Source: an uncultured delta proteobacterium (lineage in GTDB: Bacteria > Desulfobacterota > Binatia > UBA9968). Taken from it: a DNA stretch of 64,000 bases. A model generated the notes under the pieces. That model did no database searches, was not told the DNA's origin, and saw only the letters and a program-made list of their open reading frames with translations. Of the stretch, positions 9,390 through 20,041 are shown piece by piece. The DNA is taken from NCBI GenBank assembly GCA_963847445.1, contig CAWJZV010000048.1, forward strand, positions 64,001-128,000, written 5' to 3'. Each line of letters begins with the position of its first letter. Within the stretch, counting starts at the first letter, position 1. The translations under genes were made by a program, and so were the position numbers.

Positions 9390-11555
9390 TCACCGCCGAT
9401 CGCATCGTCACCGACCACCTGCCCCTACTGCGGCGTCGGCTGCAAGCTCGAACTGCACATCAAGGACGACTACATCTACAAAGTGACCTCGCCCTTCGAC
9501 TCGCGTGGTCAACCACGGCAACCTGTGCGTCAAAGGCCGCTTCGGCTACGACTTCATTTACAACAAGGACCGGGTGACCACGCCGCTGATGCGCAAGACA
9601 GCCGCAGGCGCCCGGCGCGCGCACCCAGGCCTTCGATCGCGACGAGTGGCGCGAGGTCTCCTGGGACGAGGCGCTCGACTACATCGCCGACCGGCTGGTC
9701 GAGATCTACCGGCGCGACGGCGCCGACGCCATGGCCGTCTACTGCTGCGCCAAGGCGACCAACGAGGACAACTACCTGCTGCAGAAGCTGTTCCGCGCGC
9801 TGTTCCGCACCAACAACATCGACCACTGCACCCGCCTGTGCCATGCCGGCTCGGTGGTCGCGCTGCAGATGGCGCTCGGCTCGTCGGCGATGAGCAACAC
9901 CGCCGCCGAGGTGATTCACAACGACGTTTTCATCGTCACCGGCTCGAACACCGCCGAAACCCATCCGATCATCGCCCTGCAAATGAAAGCCGCGGTCGAA
10001 AAACACGGCGCCAAGCTGATCGTCGTCGATCCGCGCCGGATCGAGATGGTCAACTGGGCGACGCTCTGGCTGCCCGAGAAGCCGGGCACCGACGTGCCGC
10101 TCTTTTCCGCCATGGCGCATGTCATCGTCAAGGAGAGGCTCTACAACCAGGAGTTCATCGATCGCCGCACCGAAGGCTTCGCAGGATTTCGCCGAAATCG
10201 ATGGAGAAGTTCACGCCCGAATATGCCGAGGCGATTTCCGGCGTCGACCGCAATCTGATCGTCCAGGCGGCGCGCATGTACGCCGGGGCGAAGAACGCGG
10301 CGATCTATTGGGCGCTGGGCATTCCCGAGCACTCCCACGGCACCGACAACGCCATGTCGCTGATCCATCTGGCGCTGCTCACCGGCCACATCGGCCGCCA
10401 GGGCACCGGGCTGAATCCGCTGCGCGGACAGAACAACGTCCAGGGCGCGTCGGACTGCCGGCGCCATGCCCTGGCACTATCCCGGTTATCAGCGCGTCGA
10501 TGACGAAGCGGCGGCGCGCAAATTCGAGCAAGCCTGGAATATCGAACCCGGCGGGCTCAACCGCAAGCTCGGGCTGACGACCACCGAGATCCTGAGCGCG
10601 GTCGGCCCGGGCGGCGTGCGCGCGCTGTACATCATGGGCGAGAACCCGATGATGTCCGAGCCCAACCTGAATCACACGCGCCACATGATCGAGCAGCTGG
10701 AATTCCTGGTGGCGCAGGATCTGTTCATCAACGAATCCGGCGCCTTTGCCGACGTCTTCCTGCCGGCCGCTTCCTGGGCCGAGAAGGATGGCACCTTCAC
10801 CAACACCGACCGCCGCGTGCAGCGCGTGCGCCAGGCGCTGGCGCCGCGCGGCCAGTCGCGGCCCGATTGGCAGATCATTTGCGATCTGGCCCAGCGCATC
10901 GAGAAGCGCCTCGGCCGCCGCCGAGCCGCCTTCTGGGCCTACCAACGCCCGTCCGAAGTGCTGGAAGAGATGGGGCGCGTCGTGCCTGAATATGCCGGAG
11001 TGAAGTATCCGCGCATCGAGACAGCAGGGCTTGCAGACGCCGGTGTGGGACGACAACCATCCGGGCACGCCCTATCTCTTCGCCGAGAGCTTCCCGCGCG
11101 GCAAGGGCAAGTTTCATCCGCTGGAATACATCCCATCCGTCGAGATGCCGGATGAGGAATACCCGTTCATCCTCACCACCGGCCGCGTGCTCGAACACTG
11201 GCATGGCGGCACGCTGACGCGCCATTCAAAACTCGATGACCTCTATCCCGAGGCGCGCATCGAAATCAATCCCGCCGACGCCGCCCGCCTGAAGCTCGAA
11301 GACGGACAGGCCGTGCGCGTCTCGTCGCGGCGCGGCACCATCGTCCTGCGCGCCTGGGTGACCCAGCGAACCACGGTGGGCGTGGTCTTCATCCCCATGC
11401 ACTTCGCCGAAGCCGCCGCCAACCTGCTCACCATCGACGCCCTCGACCCGCTGGCCAAGATCCCCGAGTACAAAGCCTGCGCCGTGCGCATCGTGCCGGC
11501 GGGAAAAGAAGAGCTGGCGCGGCCCGATGCCAAGGTGGGCAGGGGCCGGTATTGA
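9386..11555 (+). CDS. Formate dehydrogenase catalytic subunit, Mo/W-bisPGD, Cys-type (frameshifted)
   Basis: [59 protein letters not shown]. Confidence 0.92.
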
Positions 11556-11562
11556 ACGTAGC

Positions 11563-11591
11563 GGTAGGGGCGATTCATGAATCGCCCCTAC
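11563..11591. repeat. GTAG-type REP palindrome, possible terminator
   Basis: gtaggggcgattcatgaatcgcccctac, with a related copy near 6620-6640. Confidence 0.75.
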
Positions 11592-11876
11592 AACACCGTT
11601 GAAAAGAAAGAACAGAGATCCCGGACAACACGGTTACCCAGCTGGAAAGCCTCAATCCTTGCACGGCTGGCAAATCCTCGAGTCGCGCAATATCGCTCGC
11701 TCACTTGACTTCGTTAGTTGGTCCATTTAGATAAGCGTTTCCGCGGTTCCATAACTTTGGTGCAGGCGAATTCGCCAGTCGCGGCTTGCCGCGCAACACT
11801 CCAAAGCCGAGCCGTTCCGGCGAGAAATCGCGGGCGACGTCTTGAACGCTCTGGCCGCAAACCCTATCGTGTCAGT

Positions 11877-12485
11877 ATGAGTCTTGGAAGTTTTGAGCGC
11901 AGCAGTATCGCGGGATTTCTCATCCTCGTTGCCGCGGTATCGAGCAGCGCCGCGGCGCAGCTTACCAGGGAGCAAGGCGGCAAATTGGCGCTGAAAATTG
12001 ACGGAATCAACAAGAACGCCGCCATTGAGCCGGTCCGATCCAAGACGACGCCGATGTCCGAACTCGAAGTGAATTCCTACTTGGCCTTCAACATCAACGA
12101 CAAGATCCCGCGCGGTCTAGCCAACCCTGAGATTCGCATGGTCGGCGACGGCCAACTCGCCGGCCGCGTTTTCGTCGATATCGACGAGTTCAAGCGGCAC
12201 CGAAGCTCCGGCGGGTTTTTCGATCCGCTGAGCTATATCTCCGGCCAGGTGCCGCTCACCGCGCGCGGCGTCCTGCACACGCGCGGCGGCAAGGGACAGT
12301 TTCAATTGGCCAGCGCCGAAATCCATGGCGTGCCGGTGCCAAAACCGATCGTCCAGGAGCTCGTCAGTTTCTTTTCACGCACGCCGGAAAATCCGCACGG
12401 ATTCAACCTCGACGCGCCGTTCAATTTGCCCGCCAAAATCCGCGAGATCATTGTCAACCCGGGAGAAACTCTTTTGCTGCAATAA
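11877..12485 (+). CDS. Exported hypothetical protein, paralogue of 19073-19732
   Basis: Signal-peptide-like N-terminus; shares VDIDEFKR, GKGQF and NPxGFxL..PF.LPA motifs with the paralogue. Confidence 0.75.
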   Translation: MSLGSFERSSIAGFLILVAAVSSSAAAQLTREQGGKLALKIDGINKNAAIEPVRSKTTPMSELEVNSYLAFNINDKIPRGLANPEIRMVGDGQLAGRVFVDIDEFKRHRSSGGFFDPLSYISGQVPLTARGVLHTRGGKGQFQLASAEIHGVPVPKPIVQELVSFFSRTPENPHGFNLDAPFNLPAKIREIIVNPGETLLLQ

Positions 12486-12530
12486 CCTCACGGCTACAGT
12501 TAACGAAATCCATCGATCCGCATCGTGGAG

Positions 12531-13793
12531 CTATTTCTGGTAGCAGCTCTTCACTTCCATTTCCTTGCCCGCGCTTACCACCTGAAACTTATTCCAAAAA
12601 GCTTCGTCTACCTTCTTGAGCTCGGGATTTGGTTTCGCGGCACGGTAACGCCCCAAGGCGCTCGGACCGCCGTTGTAGGCAGAATAAGTCGCCCGCGCTA
12701 GGTTCCCTCCCGGCTGCTTGTCTTCGCTCTTGCGGATGGCATATCGCGTTAAATAGTAGAGCAGTATCTCTCCTCCAGCATTGCCGTTGTATTGAATGTC
12801 GCCACCGAGTTCTTTGATGTCATACACGTTGCGCCAGGTGTTGCGATTAACCTGCATCAAGCCCAAATCCCCGGTCGTAGAGGCGAGTGGTGTTACGTTG
12901 TTTCCCTTCTTGATGAATTGGCGCCAGCAGCTTTCCTGCCACGCGGCAGCAAAAACAATCTGCCGGTAAGTTGCCTGGTATTCCGCGCCAAGCTTGGATT
13001 TCACGGCGAGCCTATCGCTCATCCCCTCTAGCAGTCCCCTAACCTTCATCAGATAAGGGTGCAGTTCACTGCCATCGGGCACCACCCACGGGTTGGGCTT
13101 GCCCGCAGGCGACTCTGCCGCGAACGCGCGACGGTCGAGCCACGAACCAAGGAGCGATGCTTCCCGCTCCTCGGGGAAGAAGCGGCGATCCAACCGACTC
13201 TGCCTGACCCCTGACGCGCCAAATCCAAGCAGTGTGCGAAGACTCGAATCGACGCCGGTTGTATAAGCGAGCGGATCGGCCCCGCCAGTAGGCTGGATAA
13301 TGCGCGCCATGCCCGTTAGAACCTCGGGCGACAAGCTTACTATTCCTGATTGCACACCGGTCGGTCCGGTTGCCGCAAGTTTATCCGCCGCGCCGATAAA
13401 ATTGGCGTATAGGCTCGCGGTCTGCTTGGGTAACACCGGTAACGCCTGGTTCATGATCGGCGACAATCTTTTCCAACCATTCAGGAACAGTTGCGGCACC
13501 GGATCCCCGCCCCTACCCGGGGCAACCGCGCTGGTTAATTCGTATCGTGAATCGAGAAACGCACCTCCTAAGGGATCTTTCAGGTTTTCCGGTAAATCCT
13601 GACCAAACCGCTTCACGACAAAGGTGAAAAATGAGTCCCACTGCCGCCAATCCGCCGATTTCCCGGATAGGCCGGGAATTTGCGGCAGTTGCGGCAACTG
13701 AAACGCCGCAGCTCTTAACGCCTGGGCGTGACTCAGGATAACCAACGTGATGAGCGCGAGAATGCTCGCAGCACGGATCGTAAATAGCCACAT
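12531..13793 (-). CDS. Exported protein with C-terminal SLT lytic transglycosylase domain
   Basis: WQES, GLMQVN and AYNGG motifs; signal peptide. Confidence 0.85.
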   Translation of the reverse strand: MWLFTIRAASILALITLVILSHAQALRAAAFQLPQLPQIPGLSGKSADWRQWDSFFTFVVKRFGQDLPENLKDPLGGAFLDSRYELTSAVAPGRGGDPVPQLFLNGWKRLSPIMNQALPVLPKQTASLYANFIGAADKLAATGPTGVQSGIVSLSPEVLTGMARIIQPTGGADPLAYTTGVDSSLRTLLGFGASGVRQSRLDRRFFPEEREASLLGSWLDRRAFAAESPAGKPNPWVVPDGSELHPYLMKVRGLLEGMSDRLAVKSKLGAEYQATYRQIVFAAAWQESCWRQFIKKGNNVTPLASTTGDLGLMQVNRNTWRNVYDIKELGGDIQYNGNAGGEILLYYLTRYAIRKSEDKQPGGNLARATYSAYNGGPSALGRYRAAKPNPELKKVDEAFWNKFQVVSAGKEMEVKSCYQK

Positions 13794-14061
13794 ATGTTTC
13801 GTTCGTCGATAATTAAAAGCGACTGACCTCTCCCTACGCGGTGTGCCATGACAACACCCAGCCGCCGACTGTTTACAACGCTTAGCCAATCTTGGTTTCT
13901 TAGACAGGCTAGCATAGCTGAAATAGGTAGTTGTTGGCGGCGCCCTCCTGACAAAGATATGAGTATTGCCAAGCGGCTATACGCAACGGCCTCTACTGTT
14001 TGATGTTCTCGAAGTCTTGCCGATGAAACGTACTAAGCGTCTCAACAAAAATCGAATCGTC

Positions 14062-15141
14062 TCAGCGCAGCTGCCCGCTGCCGGTAATATGGGCAAAAGC
14101 GCTCATCTCGTGGGCGAAGGTCACCGGCGCTGCTTTGCAAACATATTTCGAGGTGATCTGATCGATGCGGGTCACGCCCATGAGCGCCATGTCGACCGTG
14201 ATCTCCTCTTCCAAGAGTTCGAGCACCTTCACCAAACCGTCTTTGCCGCCGGCGCCCAAACCCCAGCCTTGCAGCTTGCCGATGGTCACCGCGTTGGCGC
14301 CCAGCGCCAATGCTTTGACCACGTCGGTGCCGCGGGTCACACCGCCGTCGAGAACGATTTCTGCTTTGCCGCCCACCGCCGCGGCGATCTCCGGCAGCGT
14401 GTCGATGGTGCCCAGTCCATGGTCCAATTGCCGCCCGCCGTGGTTGGAAATGTAAATCACATCGACGCCATGCTCGACGGCGATCTTGGCATCCTCCGCC
14501 GTGGCGATGCCTTTGATGATCAGCGGCATGCCGGCGATTTTTTTGATCGCATCGGCCATTTCCCAAGTGAGCATCGCCTGATAAATCCGCCCGGTCTCGG
14601 TTCTGCGGCTGGGCGGCTGCCAGCGATTGAGCAGCACGCGCTCGCGCCGGCTGTAGTGCGCCGTGTCGACGGTAAGACATAGAGCCATGTAGCCGGCTTG
14701 CTTCACCCGCCCGACGATCTCGGCGCACCAGTCCAGTCCGCCGCGAATATAAAGTTGAAAAATTTTCGGATGGTTGGTGCTCGCGGCGATCTCTTCCAAC
14801 GTCGGTTGCGTCACGGAGCTGACGAAGTTCATCGTGCCGAATTCCGCCGCCGCCTTGGCCACCGCCACGCCGCCTTCCGGCGTGATCGTTTGTAGCGAGC
14901 CGATCGGCGCCATCATCACCGGAATCCGCAGCTTCTGGCCGAGAAAGGTCGTCGACGTGTCGACGTTGGAAACGTCCACCAGCACGCGCGGCCGCAATCC
15001 CAGGCTGTCGAAGCCCAAGCGATTGCGCCGCATGGTCGTCTCCGACTCCGCGCCGCCGGTGAGATAATCCCAAACATCCTGGGGCAGATTGCGGTGCGCC
15101 GCCTGAATAATTTCTTGATTGCTGACGTAGTCGAAGGCCAT
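14062..15141 (-). CDS. FMN-dependent alpha-hydroxy acid oxidase/dehydrogenase
   Basis: SNHGGRQLD, DGGVTRGTDVVKALALGA. Confidence 0.93.
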   Translation of the reverse strand: MAFDYVSNQEIIQAAHRNLPQDVWDYLTGGAESETTMRRNRLGFDSLGLRPRVLVDVSNVDTSTTFLGQKLRIPVMMAPIGSLQTITPEGGVAVAKAAAEFGTMNFVSSVTQPTLEEIAASTNHPKIFQLYIRGGLDWCAEIVGRVKQAGYMALCLTVDTAHYSRRERVLLNRWQPPSRRTETGRIYQAMLTWEMADAIKKIAGMPLIIKGIATAEDAKIAVEHGVDVIYISNHGGRQLDHGLGTIDTLPEIAAAVGGKAEIVLDGGVTRGTDVVKALALGANAVTIGKLQGWGLGAGGKDGLVKVLELLEEEITVDMALMGVTRIDQITSKYVCKAAPVTFAHEMSAFAHITGSGQLR

Positions 15142-15295
15142 GGGGAATTCTCCTTTGTTAGAACAAAACTATAGGATCGCTATTAATTGTTGGCGACACT
15201 ATCGAACCGTGCCGCGGCCTGTCAAACCATCAAGCGGATTTCCTCAAAGCAATGCAGTAAGGGAATGATCGCTGACAGCCAACTTTATGCTCCAT

Positions 15296-15362
15296 CGTTA
15301 TTCCCATGAAAACGGGAATCCAGGCCCATCCGCTCCTGGATTTCCGCATTTGCCGGAATGAC
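15296..15362. repeat. GTCATTCC/GGAATGAC-type palindromic repeat
   Basis: gttattcccatgaaaacgggaatccag...ctggatttccgcatttgccggaatgac. Confidence 0.65.
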
Positions 15363-15379
15363 AGAGGCGCTGAAACACG

Positions 15380-15410
15380 AAAAAGGGAGGCATTGCGCCT
15401 CCCCTTTCTT
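15380..15410 (-). terminator. Intrinsic terminator downstream of ilvD
   Basis: aaaagggaggc-attgc-gcctcccttt hairpin with A/T flanks. Confidence 0.7.
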
Positions 15411-15413
15411 AAC

Positions 15414-15443
15414 GTTGAACTTTTGAACCCTTGAACCTTGAAC
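15414..15443. repeat. TTGAAC short tandem array, identical copy at 30616-30645
   Basis: ttgaacttttgaacccttgaaccttgaacg occurs at both sites. Confidence 0.8.
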
Positions 15444-15460
15444 GAGTTACGCTCGCGCTA

Positions 15461-17141
15461 TTACCGCGTCACCGCGCCTTCCGAGGCCGATGAAACCAGT
15501 TTGGCATATTTCGCCATGACGCCGGTCTTGTAACGCGGCTCCGGCGCTTTCCATGTGCTGAGGCGCGACTTGCAGTTCTTGCTGCGGAGATCTCCACGTC
15601 CAAGCGACGCGCCTTGATGTCGAACAGAATCGAATCGCCATCGCGCAGCGCGGCGATGGGGCCGCCGTGGGCGGCTTCCGGCGCAACATGCCCCGCCATC
15701 AGTCCATGCGTCGCGCCCGGAGAAGCGGCCGTCGGTGAGCAACGCGACGGTATCGCCCAAGCCCGCGCCGACGAGCGCCGCGGTGACGCCAAGCATCTCG
15801 CGCATGCCCGGCCCGCCTTTCGGTCCTTCGTAGCGAATCACCACCACGTCGTTGTCTTTGATCTTGCCCGCCTGCACGGCGGCGAAGGCGTCTTCCTCGC
15901 GGTCGAACACGCGCGCAGGCCCGCGATGAATCATTCGCTCATGGCCGGCGACTTTGACGACGCAGCCTTCCGGCGCCAAATTGCCTTTGAGGATCACCAG
16001 ACCGCCGGTGGCTTTGAGCGGATCGTCGACCGCGCGCACCACTTCTTGTCCGGCAGTTTCCTTGGTCATCTCGGCCGCCTCGGCGAGGGTCTTGCCGGTG
16101 ACGGTGATGGTATCGCCATGAATCAATCCGGCATCGATCAAGCGTTTAGCCACCAGTTGAATGCCGCCGGCGTGATAAAGATCGCTGGCGACGAACCGTC
16201 CACCGGGTTTGAGATCGGCGATCAGCGGCGTCCGGTCGCTGATCTTGTCGAAGTCGTCGATGTTCAGTTCCACTCCCGCTTCGCGCGCGATCGCCAGCAG
16301 ATGCAGCACCGCGTTGGTCGATCCGCCGGTGGCCGCCACCGACGCGATGGCGTTTTCTATCGACTTTGCGGGTGAGAATCTTCGACGGTCGCAGATCGCG
16401 CTTGAGTAGATCCATCACCAGCATTACCGGCGTTGAACGCCGCTTGGTCTTTTTCCGCCACTGTCGCCGGGATGCCGTTGCTGCCCATCGGCGAGATGCC
16501 GAGAAATTCCATCACCGTCGACATGGTGTTGGCAGTGAACTGTCCGCCGCAGGCCCCAGCGCCCGGACAGGCGGCATTTTCCACCGCCAGAAAGCTGCTT
16601 CGGCGTCGATGCGCTTGCTGGCGTAGGCGCCCACCGCTTCGAAGACGTCTTGAATGGTCAGATCTTTATCGCCCAAGCGGCCCGGTGCGATGGAACCGCC
16701 GTAGAGCGCCAGGCCGGGAATATCGAGGCGCGCCAGCGCCATGACGACGCCGGGGTTGGTCTTGTCGCAACCGGAGAGGCAAACTAAACCGTCGAAATGA
16801 TTGCCACGCGCGACCAATTCGATCGAGTCGGCGATCACCTCGCGGCTGATCAGCGAGCATTTCATGCCTTCGACGCCCATGCTGATACCGTCGGAGATCG
16901 ATACGGTGTTAAACTCCATCGGCGTGCCACCGGCGGCGCGAATGCCTTCTTTGACCTTAACCGCCAAACGGCGCAGGTGATAATTGCACGGGCCGATTTC
17001 GATCCAGGTATTGGCCACGCCGATGATCGGCCGGCGCAGATCTTCGTCGGAAAAACCCGCCGCCTTGAGCATCGCCCGGGTCGGCGCCCGATCCGGTCCA
17101 TCGGTAATCACCGCGCTGCGCGGCTTCAAACTGTCTGCCAT
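15461..17141 (-). CDS. ilvD: Dihydroxy-acid dehydratase (frameshifted)
   Basis: [50 protein letters not shown]. Confidence 0.95.
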
Positions 17142-17185
17142 GAAATTCTCCTAAAGATAAAGAATAATGAGACTGTCAATTAACT

Positions 17186-17400
17186 ATGGCACTTGGTGAT
17201 TTGCAAGCCGACCTGGTCACGGCATGGGATGGCGAGCTGATGGTCGGGATCGCTCACGCTCTGATCGATTTCGGCTACGTCGGCTATCTGGGCGATCTCG
17301 CTGTGCGCACATCGCCCCAGCGGCGCGGCATCGGTATTGAATTGATTCGCCAGACCCGCGCGACCATGAGGCCATCGCCAGCTATCGGTTTCACCCAACA
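17186..17400 (+). pseudogene. GNAT acetyltransferase fragment
   Basis: VGIAHALIDFGYVGYLGDLAV...QRRGIG motif A; both termini appear to be missing. Confidence 0.6.
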
Positions 17401-17611
17401 TGGCAGCGCCTGGACCTGTATGCCACGATCCCCTACCCGATGCCGATTGATTTGGCGAAATTCGCAAAGGTTCTTTCAGAAACCGCCGCTTTTCGCTAAA
17501 CTGTTGATGAATTTACCGAGCGCGGCGTTGCAACCTAGTCGATCAGGGTCGCTCATCTGAGTAGGAGCAGAACCGGGAGTTGGTGTCAGCTAATCTCGAC
17601 GGGGAAAACAT

Positions 17612-18618
17612 GTGAAGAAATTTACCAGGCAGTATTTTTCAATCCGCGACTACTGACGGCGCTCATCTTAATCGCGCCGCTGCCCGCGCGCGGGCAAAAA
17701 CCAGTGATGATCGGCGTCGCCGGCCCTGCGGTTAATTTAACCTACGCTTACCTGACGCAGGACGCGGGCCTTTGGCGCAAATATGGCGTCGACGCAAGGG
17801 TCGTGCTGTTCGAATCGGGTTCAACCTTGGCCATGGTCGCCCGCACGGGTGAGGTCAGCTTCGCGATCAATTCCGGCCCGACCGTCATCGCTGCTCGGAC
17901 TCAGGGGGCAGACTCCATCATGGTCGCGGCAACGGTCAATACTCTGCCCTACAGCCTGATCACCGCCAAAAGCATTACCAGTTGGAATCAGCTTAAAGGC
18001 AAGAAAGTCGGCATCAGCCGTTTCGGTTCGGGAACCGATACCGCCATACGGCTAGTGGTAAAAAAATTCGGTCTCGACCCAGTGAAGGATCTGGTCATCC
18101 TCCAAGGCGGCACCCAACCGAGCCGTTTGCAAGCCGTATTGGCGGGCTCCCTTGACGCTACGCTCGTCTCTCCGCCCCTTAGACTTAACCGCAAAGAAAC
18201 AGGGGCTTCAATATCCTCGTCAACATTGCCGACTTGGGCATCCCCTATCCGCAGCTAGTGATCGAGACCACCGAACGCTTCAACCGTGAACAACCACTGA
18301 TGGTTAAGAATTTCTTGAAGGGCTTCATCGCAGGAATTTTCTACGCCGCCAGCCATAAAGAAGAAACCATGAAGACCATCACCAAGTATCTCAAGACCGA
18401 CGATCCGGAGATTCTTGAGGCGACGCACAAAAGCTTTTTGCAAGTAACCGATTATACGGCGATGCCCAACATCGAAGGCATTCGCAACGCGATGGATGAA
18501 GTCGCGGTCCGCATGCCGGCGGTGAAAAACAAAAAGCCCGAGGACTTTGTCGACACCCGGTTTTTAAAGGAACTTGGAGAAGGAAGGCTTCTTCAAACAG
18601 TTTCAAAAGAAGAGCTAA
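17612..18618 (+). CDS. ABC substrate-binding protein, NMT1/SsuA-like (frameshifted)
   Basis: LKGKKVGISRFGSGTD, GLDPVKDL, PEDFVDTRFLKEL. Confidence 0.85.
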
Positions 18619-18703
18619 TCCAGAGCAAGGGGCGCAGGACTTTGAAACGAGGATACCGACGGTCGGAAGAGCGAATCTAAAACTTGCTCGCTTCGGACTC
18701 GAC

Positions 18704-18844
18704 TTACGAGCGCGGGCGCAACAAGCGCTGCCAGGGCAACTGGGGTGTTTGCAATGCATTTTTCGGCTTGTCGACAAACATGCGCAGGGTATTGACGACA
18801 AAGACGCTGGCCAGCAAACCATAGGTAATAAGATCAAAAATCAT
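18704..18844 (-). CDS. 46-aa small membrane protein
   Basis: MIFDLITYGLLASVFVVNTLRMFVDKPKNALQTPQLPWQRLLRPRS*, with GGGAGG Shine-Dalgarno 4 nt upstream. Confidence 0.55.
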   Translation of the reverse strand: MIFDLITYGLLASVFVVNTLRMFVDKPKNALQTPQLPWQRLLRPRS

Positions 18845-18896
18845 GCTGCCTCCCAGTGGCGGAATTTTGCCTACCGACAATTCGGGAGTTTGGGGA

Positions 18897-18911
18897 GCAA
18901 AACCTAAGCCA
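18897..18911 (-). promoter_or_regulatory. Sigma54-type promoter for the small ORF
   Basis: TGGCTTAGGTTTTGC fits GG-N10-GC. Confidence 0.45.
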
Positions 18912-19072
18912 TCAGTTCGATCTGCGTAAGTGCTCGAATTCGCTGAGATATCGAATTGTTAGGCGGTCCGATATGAGTGAACTTTGGTCAGTTCTGAGCT
19001 CACCGTGGTGCAAAAAACGGCATCGCCGCCGCGGCCGGCGACGTAAACCCTCATGGCGCAAGGCATCGTTAA

Positions 19073-19732
19073 TTGGCAGTTTCGGGAGCGTACGACCCAG
19101 TGATTCATACGATAGACCGCCGCGCTCTTGGCAAAATACTAGGCCACATCGTTCTTGGCGGGATGCTCGCCATTGATCTCGGTTGTTCCGGCGTCGATCA
19201 CAAACCGCGTGCGGTCGACGAGCGCGAGCGTCTCAAAGAAAAAGTCGATCAGGTGATCGCCAACGGCGATCTCAATCCCGTGCCAGCCAAGAGCACTAGC
19301 TTCAGCGAAGCGGAACTCAACACGATTCTTAACGGCAAGATGCTCGATTGGATTCCCAGCGGCATCAGCGACCCGCAATTGCGGCTGCTCGGCAACAACC
19401 GAATTTCCCTGCGCGTCATCGTCGACATCGATGAGTTCAAACGCCGGCGCCGGCGGCCCGGCAGCGCCGGCCCGCTCAATTTTTTCAGCGGCAAGGTGCC
19501 GGCGTTGGTGCGCGGCGATCTCATCACCGGCGACGGCAAGGGGCAGTTTAAATTACAATCGGTCGAAATGAACGGTATTCCACTGCCGCGCGCCCTAGCG
19601 CTAGAACTGCTTTCGACGCACAGCAAAACTAGACGCAATCCCGACGGTTTCGATCTCGAAAAACCATTCGACCTGCCCGCCAGCATTCGCCAGCTACAGA
19701 TCGCTCCCGGCGGAGATCGTCGTCATGCAGTA
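19073..19732 (+). CDS. Hypothetical exported or lipoprotein, paralogue of 11877-12485 (3' frameshift, start uncertain)
   Basis: Shared motifs with the paralogue; LGC lipobox-like sequence. Confidence 0.7.
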
Positions 19733-19892
19733 GCCGCGTCATTGACGTTGCGGCAGAATTCCCTTGGCGCAGATTGCCAAAGGAGCGCGGACATTCCTGT
19801 CCGCCCGCGGGTTAATAAAACCCGCGCTCCTATTTAAGTGCGTAGCAGCTTGGAAGTATAAAAGGCGCCTGACCCGTTTCATCGCAACCGGG

Positions 19893-19978
19893 TCGAGGAC
19901 GGAGGATGGTCGACAATAGAGGATAGCGTTTTCGGACCGGTTAATTTCTATCTTCGATCTTCCATCCTCTATCCTCGA
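19893..19978. repeat. GAGGAT/ATCCTC 7-bp-periodic inverted repeat
   Basis: tcgaggacggaggatgg...tcttcgatcttccatcctctatcctcga. Confidence 0.7.
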
Positions 19979-20041
19979 CGAAAATTTTTTGAACACCTCG
20001 ACCCGAAACGCACGAATGCACGGAACTGGCGCAATGCCAAC

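Noticed and set aside
9820-9850. Selenocysteine in formate dehydrogenase
   Set aside because: The codon is TGC (Cys) in HCTRLCH.
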